A stretch of DNA of 64,000 nucleotides from an uncultured Actinomycetes bacterium (GCA_963742735.1 CAVUMN010000004.1:320001-384000), one strand, 5' to 3'. Counted from the first letter of the stretch, positions 50,960 to 60,520 are shown. A program made the numbers and translations. The notes: generated from the sequence alone by a model not told the origin.

Positions 50960-53049
50960 TGCGCCGAACCGTCGCCGTGGCCTCGCTCACGGTCGCGATC
51001 GCCTTCCTCGTCCTGCCTGCGGGGCCGGCCGGCGCGCGCGACTGGCCCGTGGTGGGCGGCGGCGACAAGTACCGCTCGGGCTACAACCCCGACGAGGTGG
51101 CTCCGTACTTCGTGCGCGGCGGCGCGGCGCTGCAGCCCAAGCCGGAATGGATCACGAAGATCTCGGACCTCCCGTCGGGCGTGTTCATCATGGGCGGGAC
51201 CATGGTCGCCGACGGCAAGGTCTACGTGACCGGCGCCTCGACGAACACGATCCTTGCCCTCGACCAGAAGACCGGCATGCCGATCTGGCGGTTCTCGCCC
51301 GACGCGCGGGGCTCGAAGAACCTGCCCGGCGACGGCTACACCGGGGCGTACACGGCCACCAATGCACCCCGGTGGGTGAACGGTGTCGTCTACGCGTCCT
51401 TCACCAACGGGGTCGTGTACGCGCTGAACGGCGACAACGGCCGGAAGCTCTGGCGGTGGGAGGTCCCGGACATCGGCGGCCCGCTCGAGGTCACCGACCA
51501 CACGCTGCCCGCCGACGTGGTGTGGGACTTCACCAACCCCGAGCACCGCGCCAACCCGCTGCGCCGTGAGGTGCCGCCGTTCACCGGCGACTACCCGAAG
51601 TTCCACTCGGTGGTGGACGAGTGCTTCGGCCGGGTCCACGTCGAGACCCTCGACGGCCGGCTGTTCTCGATCGACGCCAGCACCGGAAAGACGCTGTGGC
51701 ACCGGTACGCCGGCGCGCCCGACTGGCCGGGAGAGTTCAACTACCCGGACAACGCGGTGGGCGGACTGACCCCCAACCTCGGCCGACCGACGCGGCGGTT
51801 CGAGGCGCGGCCGGGACCCGGCTGCCTCGGGAAGTACCTGTTCCTCCCCACCGAGGATGGCTACGTGAAGCTGTTCGACGAGAAGACCGGGAGGTTCCTC
51901 GGCGCCTACGACTTCCTGCATGTCGGCGACCTCGGGTTCGTCCACGACGGGGGCGCCGGGCTGGCCATCCCGCCCGGGACCGCGGCCAACCAGGGCACGA
52001 CCCCGGACCTGGTCGTGAACTCGGTCAACAACCGGATGGTCCGCATCAACGTCCCGGACATGACCCCGCAGTGGCGCCACAGCGAGGGCAGCACGGGTCA
52101 GCTGTCCCTGTGTATCGATCGCTCCGACCGGTCCACGTGCACGGTAGTCCCGACCACCATGGACTCGATGTCGGACGGCCCGATCGGCGGCGCGGTGTTC
52201 GGCGGCAACCTGTCCGTCGACCTCGACCTCGGCGTGCTCGCCAACGCGAACCAGGACGGTCACCTCTACATGTGGCGGGACATCGACGTGCAGGGCCAGG
52301 ACCCGCCGCTGATCGCGAATCCGGACGGCTCGGGCATCGGGACGTGGACCAGCGCCCCCAACCCGCAGTCGATCCCCAACCCGCCGAAGACCTCGATCTC
52401 GCACTACCTGCCGCGCGACGGCAAGAACGGCCCGTGGCAGTACGCCACCTCGGTCGTTTCCTCGTCGGTCATGGGCGGGGGCGTCGTCTACTACAACGCG
52501 TCCTGGGAGCACGCGATGTACGGCATCCAGTACGCCCAGGGCGGCCAGGTGCTGGAGACGCCGAAGCTCGTGTTCAAGTACACGCTCCAGCGGGACAAGG
52601 ACTTCAAGTACCCGCCGTTCGGCGACACGTACCCCGAGGACATCGTCGACCTCGACCGCCTGTTCATGGGGTCGCCCTCCCTGGCCGACGGCCACCTGTA
52701 CACCACGTCGTTCGACGGCAACGTCTACTCGTTCAACCTGCAGAAGCCCGTGGCGCGCACGCAGAAGAACCTCGCGCTCCTCGGCTCGGGCCTGGTCCCG
52801 TTCGTCCCCGCGTGGACCCAGGCCCGCGGTGAGTTCGACCGCGTCTGGACCGACGCCGACTGGTACCGAAACCAGCTGAACCCCAATCCCGACTACAAGC
52901 TGCCGGCGGGCCTGGTGCCCATCGGCGTGCCGGCCGCCGCCCTGGCCCTGTGGGTCCGCCGGCGGATCCTCCAGGGACAGCTGCTGCCCCAGCGCAGCCG
53001 GGTCGACCTCCGCCCGCCCGACCTGGAGATGCGATCGCGATGGCGATAG
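50959..53049 (+). CDS. Secreted PQQ-binding-like (BamB-type) beta-propeller protein with a C-terminal hydrophobic anchor
   Basis: DWP..GG; repeats ALDQKTGMPIWRF, ALNGDNGRKLWRW, SIDASTGKTLW, SPSLADGHLY; tail LPAG-hydrophobic-RRR. Confidence 0.8.
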   Translation: MRRTVAVASLTVAIAFLVLPAGPAGARDWPVVGGGDKYRSGYNPDEVAPYFVRGGAALQPKPEWITKISDLPSGVFIMGGTMVADGKVYVTGASTNTILALDQKTGMPIWRFSPDARGSKNLPGDGYTGAYTATNAPRWVNGVVYASFTNGVVYALNGDNGRKLWRWEVPDIGGPLEVTDHTLPADVVWDFTNPEHRANPLRREVPPFTGDYPKFHSVVDECFGRVHVETLDGRLFSIDASTGKTLWHRYAGAPDWPGEFNYPDNAVGGLTPNLGRPTRRFEARPGPGCLGKYLFLPTEDGYVKLFDEKTGRFLGAYDFLHVGDLGFVHDGGAGLAIPPGTAANQGTTPDLVVNSVNNRMVRINVPDMTPQWRHSEGSTGQLSLCIDRSDRSTCTVVPTTMDSMSDGPIGGAVFGGNLSVDLDLGVLANANQDGHLYMWRDIDVQGQDPPLIANPDGSGIGTWTSAPNPQSIPNPPKTSISHYLPRDGKNGPWQYATSVVSSSVMGGGVVYYNASWEHAMYGIQYAQGGQVLETPKLVFKYTLQRDKDFKYPPFGDTYPEDIVDLDRLFMGSPSLADGHLYTTSFDGNVYSFNLQKPVARTQKNLALLGSGLVPFVPAWTQARGEFDRVWTDADWYRNQLNPNPDYKLPAGLVPIGVPAAALALWVRRRILQGQLLPQRSRVDLRPPDLEMRSRWR

Positions 53050-53693
53050 CGACCCGGCCCCCACAGCTGAAGCGGCCCGCGCGCGCGACGCCGTCCCGGC
53101 TCGAGGACACGCAGGCTTTCACGGTCCCCTGGCGGACGATCGCGCTCTCGGTCCTGCTGGTGATCGCCGTCATGGCGGCGTGGTCGGTGACCACCAACAC
53201 CTACGCGGTCCTTGGGCAGCAGCGCCTGCAGGACCGGTGGGCGGACACGATCGCGCGGGGCGAGACCCTCGAGTCGCCGGCGATCGGCCAGGCCGTCGCC
53301 CGAATCTCGATCCCCGCCCTGGGGATCGAGCGCGTGGTGGTCGAGGGGGCCACGCACGAGCAGCTGCGGACGGCGCCCGGCCATCTTCCGGACTCCGCCC
53401 TGCCCGGCACCATCGGCAACAGCGTGATCCGCGGGCACCGGCTGCTTTGGTCCGGCCCGTTCCGCCGGATCGATGAGCTGAACTTCGGCTCGCCGATCAT
53501 GGTTCAGCTCGCCGACGGCCGCGTCTACACCTTCCTCGTCTCCGGCGTGTTCCACATGCTCCCGAACGACCCCGACATCGTCTCCAGCGAGAGCGCGGGG
53601 CCGATGATCACCCTGGTCACCAGCGACCCCCCCTTCCGCGCCGACCGGGTCCTGGTCGTCAAGGCCTTCCTGCCCTTCGAGGAGACTTCGTGA
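53040..53693 (+). CDS. Class E-like sortase with Ser in place of the catalytic Cys
   Basis: ARISIPALGI..VVEG, PGHLPDSALPG..GNSVIRGHR..PF, ITLVTSDP (normally TLxTC). Confidence 0.85.
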   Translation: MAIATRPPQLKRPARATPSRLEDTQAFTVPWRTIALSVLLVIAVMAAWSVTTNTYAVLGQQRLQDRWADTIARGETLESPAIGQAVARISIPALGIERVVVEGATHEQLRTAPGHLPDSALPGTIGNSVIRGHRLLWSGPFRRIDELNFGSPIMVQLADGRVYTFLVSGVFHMLPNDPDIVSSESAGPMITLVTSDPPFRADRVLVVKAFLPFEETS

Positions 53694-54064
53694 AGCGCCT
53701 GGCCAGGTGGCTGGGGCCGTGGCCGGGACGGCTCGAGAGCGCCGGCCACGTCAAGCGCCGCATGCTGGTGATCGCCGTGGTCGGGGCGCTCTCGGTGGGC
53801 GGGGTGTACGCCGTGAGCCAGTTCGGTCCGGAGACCGGGCCGTTCACCGGTGCGGAGCTCCGAGACATGTCCGGCCTGCCGCAGCCACCGGTGCGCTTCG
53901 CGATCGACGGCGACGGCAACTATCACGAGCTCACCACCGAGGAGCTCCAGCAGCTCCAGGAGCTCCAGACGTTCATCGACAGCATCCCGGCCCAGAACTT
54001 CGGGGCGGGGGTCACGCTTCCGCAGGCCGAGGGGCCCACTGCGGACGACGGCGGAGAAGGTTAG
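53690..54064 (+). CDS. Small membrane-anchored hypothetical protein
   Basis: GTGA overlap with the sortase stop; one TM segment; acidic C-terminus. Confidence 0.65.
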   Translation: MKRLARWLGPWPGRLESAGHVKRRMLVIAVVGALSVGGVYAVSQFGPETGPFTGAELRDMSGLPQPPVRFAIDGDGNYHELTTEELQQLQELQTFIDSIPAQNFGAGVTLPQAEGPTADDGGEG

Positions 54065-54096
54065 GTTGAACCACCGAACCAGGGGAGGGGATTGAC

Positions 54097-55803
54097 GTGC
54101 TTCCAGGCCTGCCCCCCGAGGAGCTTCGCAAGCGCCGCAACCGTCCCGACCGGCGCCTGAAAGGCGCGGACCGTGACCGGTACCCCTACGCCCACGCCGA
54201 GCACGGCCCGCTCACCGAGGACGACGCGACGTCGCTCGGCTTCGACACACGGGTGAACCGGCGCGACTTCCTGACGGTCGCCGGCAAGCTCGGCCTCGGC
54301 TCGATGGCCACGGCAGCCCTCTACCCCTCGTTCCTGGCCGCGTGCGGCAGGACGATCGAGGAGGGCCAGGGGGTCGGGTTCGGCGGGAGCGCCGGGACCG
54401 GCGACACCATCAACATCGGGATCATCTCGATCTACTCGGGCGTCGGGGCGTTCATCGGCACGCTGGTGAAGCACGGGGCCGAGCTCGCCGTGGAGCAGAT
54501 CAACAAGCACGGCGTGGACATCCCGGCGGTCGGCGAGGGGTCGATCTTCCCGGACTTCAACGCCTACCAGGCGCTGTCCAAGGGCGGGGTCCTGGGCGGC
54601 AAGAAGATCAACCTGATCCAGCGCGACGACAACCTGTCCGCGAACACAGCCATCTCCGCGCTCCAGGAGATGATCTCCAAGTTCCAGATCAAGGGCGTGA
54701 TCTTCGCCGGCCTCCTCGACGACATCTACGCCTGCAAGCGGCTGGTCCAGCAGGCGAACATGCCGGCCATCGCCTGCTACTCCGACATCTTCTCCACGGG
54801 GAACCTGTTCCCGCAGTCGGACTACAAGCAGGTGTTCCAGATCTTCCCGCCGGACGTGTGGGCCACCGAGGTCCTCGCCGACTACGCGATCGGCGACCGC
54901 GGGTACTCGTCGTTCGCGTTCATCGGCGACAACACGAACATCGGCAACCAGGGCCGGGGACAGGTTCAGAAGGCCCTCGCCGACCGGGGGGCGGAGCTCG
55001 CCGCGGCCGAGCAGTACAACGTCGGCGACACCGACATGACCGCACAGATGCTTCGGATCAAGGGGACGGGCTGCGACGCCCTGTTCCTGTGGGGCCTGGC
55101 CGGGGACACCGCGCACGGGCTGCAGAACATCGAGGCGCTGGAAGGCGGCTACGTCGACCGCGACCGCGCGAAGGCGGAGGGGTGGCATCCGCAGATCCTC
55201 GGGTTCCCGGGGGGCGCCGCGGAACGGACGTTCGCCGAGCTGGCCGGACCCGCCGCCAAGGCCGGGACGGTCTCCACCTGGTACATGGGCGGGCTCGGCT
55301 ACATCCCCGAGTTCCAGGGCGCGGTCGAGCTCTTCGAGCAGCGGTGGGGCTCCGCTCCGACCGGCGGCGAGAACAACCCCTCCGACTCGTGCTTCCTGTT
55401 GGCGAAGGCATTCGACACCGCCGGGGGCACCGACCCCGCCAAGGTGATCGCGACGCTGGAGAAGACGAGCATCAACTTCTCCTCGGCGACGCCCCACTCG
55501 TTCGCGCCCGACCGGCACATCTCACTCACCAAGGAGGACATCGTCGGCGTCTGCCTGGAGCGCGGGAAGGCGACGTCGACCGAGCCGTCCTACGAGCTCG
55601 GCACGGAGTTCGAGGACTTCTTCGCGCCCGGGTACATCGGCCCGACGCACTTCGTGCGGCTGAACCTGGAGGCCAACCTGAAGAAGCACCCCGACCTCGA
55701 GAAGATCTTCCTGGAGAACGGGTTCGGGACCCAGTGCACCAAGGTGAAGGACGAGTCCAACGCGCACGGATTCCGCCTCACCAACGACTGCAAGATCCAC
55801 TGA
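54097..55803 (+). CDS. Tat-exported LivK-like solute-binding lipoprotein
   Basis: NRRDFL twin-Arg, FLAAC lipobox, GAELAVEQIN, GDTDMTAQM; GGGAGG RBS. Confidence 0.85.
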   Translation: MLPGLPPEELRKRRNRPDRRLKGADRDRYPYAHAEHGPLTEDDATSLGFDTRVNRRDFLTVAGKLGLGSMATAALYPSFLAACGRTIEEGQGVGFGGSAGTGDTINIGIISIYSGVGAFIGTLVKHGAELAVEQINKHGVDIPAVGEGSIFPDFNAYQALSKGGVLGGKKINLIQRDDNLSANTAISALQEMISKFQIKGVIFAGLLDDIYACKRLVQQANMPAIACYSDIFSTGNLFPQSDYKQVFQIFPPDVWATEVLADYAIGDRGYSSFAFIGDNTNIGNQGRGQVQKALADRGAELAAAEQYNVGDTDMTAQMLRIKGTGCDALFLWGLAGDTAHGLQNIEALEGGYVDRDRAKAEGWHPQILGFPGGAAERTFAELAGPAAKAGTVSTWYMGGLGYIPEFQGAVELFEQRWGSAPTGGENNPSDSCFLLAKAFDTAGGTDPAKVIATLEKTSINFSSATPHSFAPDRHISLTKEDIVGVCLERGKATSTEPSYELGTEFEDFFAPGYIGPTHFVRLNLEANLKKHPDLEKIFLENGFGTQCTKVKDESNAHGFRLTNDCKIH

Positions 55804-55813
55804 GGGGGGCCGG

Positions 55814-56698
55814 ATGCAGCTGCTCCTGCAGAGCGTGATCTCGGGACTGCTCCAGGGCAGCGTCTACGCCGTGCTCGCGCTGGCCTTCTCGATCATCTAC
55901 ATGACCACCCGGACCATCAACTTCGCCCAGGGCCAGCAGCTGATGGTCGGGGCGTTCATCTACTTCGCGCTCCAGGTCGGGGTGGGACTCCCGATCCCGC
56001 TGGCGCTGCTCGGCGCCATCGTGGCCTCGATCCTGATCGGCCTGCTCGTGGAGCGGCTCGGCCTCCGGCCGCTGGGACAGTTCGACCCCAACACCAACAT
56101 CGGTTGGATCCTCACCACCCTCGCGCTGGGCCTCATCTTCCAGGACCTGATGCGCCTCATCGCGGGGACCGAGAACCGCACCGTCCCCAAGGTGGTCGAG
56201 ACGATCGCCGGCAGGAGCGCGATCTCGGGCATCGACATCCAGAAGTACCTGATCTTCGTGGTGGGCATCACCCTGGCCCTGGTCCTGGAGGCGCTGCACC
56301 GCAAGACGAAGCTCGGACGGGCGTTGCGCGCCACCGCCCACGACCGCAACACCGCGGCGCTGATGGGGATCAACCCCCAGTTCATGGTCCTGTACTCATT
56401 CGGGTTGGCCGGCGCCCTGGCCGCCATCGCCGGCTGGCTGATCGTGCCCGTCACCTTCCTGACGCTGGAGATGGGGACGTTCACCGGCCTGAAGGCGTTC
56501 GCCGGGGCCGTGGTCGGGGGCATCGGCTCCACCCGCGGGGCGCTGGTGGGCGGCCTGGTGGTCGGGCTCGCCGAGTCCTCCACGGTGTTGTTCCGGGCCC
56601 CGCAGTGGGGCAACGCCATCGTCTTCGCGCTCCTCATCGTGATCCTGATGGTGAAGCCCACCGGAATCCTCGGTGACGCCCTGATCGAGAAGGTCTGA
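55814..56698 (+). CDS. livH: LivH-like permease
   Basis: GSVYAVLALAFSII..INFAQG, TKLGRALRATA, KAFAGAVVGGIGS. Confidence 0.92.
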   Translation: MQLLLQSVISGLLQGSVYAVLALAFSIIYMTTRTINFAQGQQLMVGAFIYFALQVGVGLPIPLALLGAIVASILIGLLVERLGLRPLGQFDPNTNIGWILTTLALGLIFQDLMRLIAGTENRTVPKVVETIAGRSAISGIDIQKYLIFVVGITLALVLEALHRKTKLGRALRATAHDRNTAALMGINPQFMVLYSFGLAGALAAIAGWLIVPVTFLTLEMGTFTGLKAFAGAVVGGIGSTRGALVGGLVVGLAESSTVLFRAPQWGNAIVFALLIVILMVKPTGILGDALIEKV

Positions 56699-56701
56699 GC
56701 G

Positions 56702-58912
56702 ATGGCCCGGAACAGGACCTGGGAGCAACTGCGGGCGGCCTCCGAGGAGGCCAAGAAGGAGCGCGATCGCCGGAAGGCCGTCCGGCTGATACAGAAGATC
56801 GCCGCCGAGGGGCACGACCCGAAGCAGGTCGTGCGGGAGGCGATGCGGGGCAACGGCCGGCGCGCTGCGCCCGAGCCCGAGATCGACATCCCCCTCGACG
56901 GGGACGTCACGGGCGACGGCGTCACCAACTGGGAGGACGCGGTCCAGCACACGCCGTTCGACCCCCGGAGCCTGCTGAAGCCGAAGGTCATCTTCTTCGC
57001 GCTGCTGCTGGTCGCGCTGATCGCCTACCCGCTGGGTGGGTTCCGGCTGCTGCCGCTCGATCAGGACAAGTTCCTGTCGCTCAACTTCATCCTGCAGTAC
57101 GCGATCATCATCACCGGCCTGAACCTCGTCGCCGGGTTCACCGGGCTGCTGTCGCTCGGCCAGTCGATCTTCACCGCGATCGGCGGCTACGCCTCGGCGA
57201 TCATCACGCTCCAGATGTTTCCGGACTGGCACGGCGGGCCGTGGGTCGGGCTCGCCGTGGCCATGGTGGTCAGCGCGCTCATCGCCATCGTCCTCGCGTT
57301 GCCGTCCCTGCGGGTCCGGGGCGCATACCTGGCCATCGTGACCTTGGCCTTCGTTCCCATCTTCGCCACCGTGTTCGCCCAGGGCCCCTCCGGCATCTTC
57401 GGCGGGAGCGAGGGGCTGCGAGACATCCGCGCGGTGGTCCAGACCTCCACGGCCTCGGTGACCGAGGCGAACACGCTCTATCCGCCATGGGGCGGGAACC
57501 CGATGACGAATGTGGACCTCTACTTCCTGACGCTGGCGTTCCTCGTCGCGATCACCCTTGGCACACGGAACCTGATCAAGTCCCGGTGGGGCCGCGCGTG
57601 GATGGCCATCCGGGAGTCCGAGATCGCCGCGAAGTCTTCCGGGGTGAACGTCTACCGGTTCAAGATCACCGCCTTTGCGATATCGGCCGTGTTCGCGGCC
57701 ATCGCGGGGTGGGTCTTCGTGCACAACGGCGGGTTCATCTCACCGAACTTCCCGTCGCAGATCCCCGAGTCGTTCAAGTACGTCGTGATCATGATCGTGG
57801 GCGGCACCGGGACCCTGGCCGGGCCCATCGTGGGCTCGGCGGTGCTCGAGATCGGCCGTGTCCTCCCGGAGCCGTTCGGTACCCGGAACTATCCCGACTT
57901 CCAGAACCTGATCCTGGGTGCGGTTGCCCTGTTCACGGTCATCACCGCCCCCGGCGGCGTCGTCGGCGTGGCCAAGCAGACGGCCGAGCGGTTCCGGCGC
58001 CGGTTCATCGGCGGGCGGCGGCCGACGGTGCAGGCGGTGCCGATCGCGCAGGAGATGACGCGTCCGCAGCCCCGCCTGGACCTGGTGGAGCTCGAGGACG
58101 ACATCATTCTGGAGGCCCGCGAGATGTCGAAGATCTTCGGTGGCCTCCGCGCCAACAACAAGGTGTCGATCAAGGTCAAGCGGGGCACCGTCCACGCCCT
58201 GATCGGCCCCAACGGGTCTGGGAAGACCACGTTCATCAACGTGGTCACCGGCGTGTACACGCCCGAAGAGGGCTCCGTCTATTTCATGGGCCGCAAGATC
58301 TCCGGCGAGCCTGCCTACGTCACCGTCGAGATGGGCCTCGGCCGCACGTTCCAGAACCTCCAGCTGTGGCGGCGGATGACGGTCCTCGAGAACGTCATGG
58401 TCGGGCTGCACGTCCGGTCCCGGGCCAGCCTGATGGCCTCGGCCGCGCGCATGCCGTGGGCCCGCCGAGAGGAGGAGCGCCTGCGCCAGCGCTCGCTGGG
58501 CCTCCTCGCGTTCGTCGGCCTGGAGCGCTACGCGGACGTCCTGGCCGGCCAGCTTCCCTACGGACCGCAACGGCGGCTCGAGGTCGCCCGGGCGCTGGCG
58601 CTGGATCCCGCGCTGCTGGTCCTGGACGAGCCCGCGGCGGGCCTGAACCCTGCCGAGGTCGGGGAGTTCACCGACCTGATCCGCAAGATCCGCGACACCG
58701 GCATCACCGTGTTCCTGATCGAGCACCACATGGACCTCGTCCTGGCGGTGTCCGACCAGATCAGCGTCCTCGACTACGGCACGAAGATCGCCGACGGCAG
58801 CCCTCGCGAGGTCGCCTCGGACCCGAAGGTCATCGAGGCCTACCTGGGGGCGGAGGGCGGCGAGGCCGAGGACGAGGAAGCCGCCGCCGAGGCCGAGCGA
58901 GTGGGAGCGTAG
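56702..58912 (+). CDS. Fused LivM permease / LivG ATPase with a soluble N-terminal extension
   Basis: GFTGLLSLGQ, YLAIVTL, SRWGRAWMAIRESE; GPNGSGKTT, LPYGPQRRLE, LDEPAAG, IEHHM. Confidence 0.92.
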   Translation: MARNRTWEQLRAASEEAKKERDRRKAVRLIQKIAAEGHDPKQVVREAMRGNGRRAAPEPEIDIPLDGDVTGDGVTNWEDAVQHTPFDPRSLLKPKVIFFALLLVALIAYPLGGFRLLPLDQDKFLSLNFILQYAIIITGLNLVAGFTGLLSLGQSIFTAIGGYASAIITLQMFPDWHGGPWVGLAVAMVVSALIAIVLALPSLRVRGAYLAIVTLAFVPIFATVFAQGPSGIFGGSEGLRDIRAVVQTSTASVTEANTLYPPWGGNPMTNVDLYFLTLAFLVAITLGTRNLIKSRWGRAWMAIRESEIAAKSSGVNVYRFKITAFAISAVFAAIAGWVFVHNGGFISPNFPSQIPESFKYVVIMIVGGTGTLAGPIVGSAVLEIGRVLPEPFGTRNYPDFQNLILGAVALFTVITAPGGVVGVAKQTAERFRRRFIGGRRPTVQAVPIAQEMTRPQPRLDLVELEDDIILEAREMSKIFGGLRANNKVSIKVKRGTVHALIGPNGSGKTTFINVVTGVYTPEEGSVYFMGRKISGEPAYVTVEMGLGRTFQNLQLWRRMTVLENVMVGLHVRSRASLMASAARMPWARREEERLRQRSLGLLAFVGLERYADVLAGQLPYGPQRRLEVARALALDPALLVLDEPAAGLNPAEVGEFTDLIRKIRDTGITVFLIEHHMDLVLAVSDQISVLDYGTKIADGSPREVASDPKVIEAYLGAEGGEAEDEEAAAEAERVGA

Positions 58913-58914
58913 AC

Positions 58915-59709
58915 ATGGCCAGGACCAAGGCAGCCGCGGAGACCGACGAGACCACCGAGCCCGAGGAGCAGGCAGCCGCGCCGGACGGCGGCGCGCCGCT
59001 CCTGAAGGTCGACACGCTGTCGGTCTTCTACGGGGCCATCGAGGCCCTGCGCAGCATCTCCTTCGAGGTCCGCGAGGGCGAGGTCGTGGTGATCATCGGC
59101 TCGAACGGAGCGGGGAAGACGACGACCCTGAAGACCCTGTCCGGCCTCCCCGAGCTCCTGAAGACGGTCCGGGGCCACGTGGAGTTCCGGGGCCAGCGCG
59201 TGGACGGCCTGTCCCCGAGCAAGATCGCCAAGATGGGCCTGGCCCACGTCCCGGAGGGCCGGAAGATCTTTCCCGACCAGTCGGTGCGGGACAACCTGCT
59301 CCTGGGCGCGTTCCAGCGCGACGACGGCGAGGTCGAGGCCGACATCGAGAAGATGTACGAGCGGTTCCCGATCCTCGGCGAGCGCAAGGGCCAGATGGCC
59401 GGGCTGATGTCCGGCGGCGAGCAGCAGATGCTCGCCATCGCCCGGGCCCTGATGGCCCGGCCGAGGATGATCCTGTTCGACGAGCCGTCGATGGGGCTCG
59501 CCCCGCTCATCGTGAAGCGGGTGTTCGAGATCATCGCCGAGCTCAAGAAGGAGGGGAAGACGATCCTGCTCGTCGAGCAGATGGCGTTCCAGGCCCTCGG
59601 CCTGGCCGACCGGGCCTACGTCCTGGAGACGGGCGAGATCACCCTCGAGGGCAGCGGCCAGGAGCTGCTGAACGACCCCCGGGTCAAGGAAGCGTATCTG
59701 GGGGCGTAG
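58915..59709 (+). CDS. livF: LivF-like ABC ATPase
   Basis: GSNGAGKTT, HVPEGRKIF, MSGGEQQMLAIARAL, FDEPSMGLAP. Confidence 0.93.
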   Translation: MARTKAAAETDETTEPEEQAAAPDGGAPLLKVDTLSVFYGAIEALRSISFEVREGEVVVIIGSNGAGKTTTLKTLSGLPELLKTVRGHVEFRGQRVDGLSPSKIAKMGLAHVPEGRKIFPDQSVRDNLLLGAFQRDDGEVEADIEKMYERFPILGERKGQMAGLMSGGEQQMLAIARALMARPRMILFDEPSMGLAPLIVKRVFEIIAELKKEGKTILLVEQMAFQALGLADRAYVLETGEITLEGSGQELLNDPRVKEAYLGA

Positions 59710-60460
59710 CCCCCGATTCGCCGCCCGCCGAAACCGATAGCTGGTCCCCGACCGCCCCCTGGATCTCCTCGGCCATGCGCCGCTGGAACGCGGTCATCAG
59801 GACCGTGGACGCGATCGGGTTCAAGCGCTCGACGGACTGCCGGATCCGGTCCCACTGCTGGGGGGGATGCCCGGCCGCCTCGAACGGCCCCCAGATGTGC
59901 TCCAGGAACAGACGCACGAACGTCCGGGCCACGGCGTCCGCGTCGCGGGCGACCTCCTCCATCACCGCGAGGGCCTCGCCCAGAGGAACGCCGAGGGCCA
60001 CGACCTGCTCGCCCGCCCGCAGCAGCGTCGGGCTGTCCACCCGGAACCGGCCGTCCTCGAGCGGGCTGAGGATCCCGAGCTCGGCGCCCCGGCGGACGGC
60101 TTCGGGATCGAGCGTTCCGTAGCGCCGGGCGAGCTCCTCGGCCTCGATGATCTCCGGCTCCTCGGGCGCCCAGGGCACCAGCAGGGCGGTCCCGAACCGC
60201 AGCGCTTCGTCGACGCCCACGCCGGGGGCGACGTCGAGCAGCTTGCGGATGGCCTCGAGGTTGAAGCCGGCCTCCTGGAGCTCCCGGATCAGCTGGATGC
60301 GGGCCTCGTGGACCGCCCCGTAGTACCCGGTCCGGCCGCGGATCTCGGGCGGCGAGATCAGCCCCCGGCTCTGGTAGGCGCGGATGTTGCGGGCGGTGAG
60401 GCCCGTGCGCCGGGCCAGCTCGTCGATCGTGACCCCGAGGGCCGTCTCCACCTCCGCCAT
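59684..60460 (-). CDS. MerR-family transcriptional regulator
   Basis: TIDELARRTGLTARNIRAYQSRGLI..P..GRTGYY..LQEAGFNLEAI. Confidence 0.92.
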   Translation of the reverse strand: MAEVETALGVTIDELARRTGLTARNIRAYQSRGLISPPEIRGRTGYYGAVHEARIQLIRELQEAGFNLEAIRKLLDVAPGVGVDEALRFGTALLVPWAPEEPEIIEAEELARRYGTLDPEAVRRGAELGILSPLEDGRFRVDSPTLLRAGEQVVALGVPLGEALAVMEEVARDADAVARTFVRLFLEHIWGPFEAAGHPPQQWDRIRQSVERLNPIASTVLMTAFQRRMAEEIQGAVGDQLSVSAGGESGATPPDTLP

Positions 60461-60478
60461 GTCGGCCGATCTTACCAC

Positions 60479-60520
60479 TTGACAACGTTACATCAAGTTG
60501 TGTAACATTCGCATCTGTCA
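60479..60520 (+). promoter_or_regulatory. Sigma70-type promoter with an operator dyad
   Basis: TTGACA (60479-60484), 18-nt spacer, TAACAT (60503-60508); GTTACA-N8-TGTAAC dyad at 60487-60506; AT-rich compared with the flanks. Confidence 0.7.
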
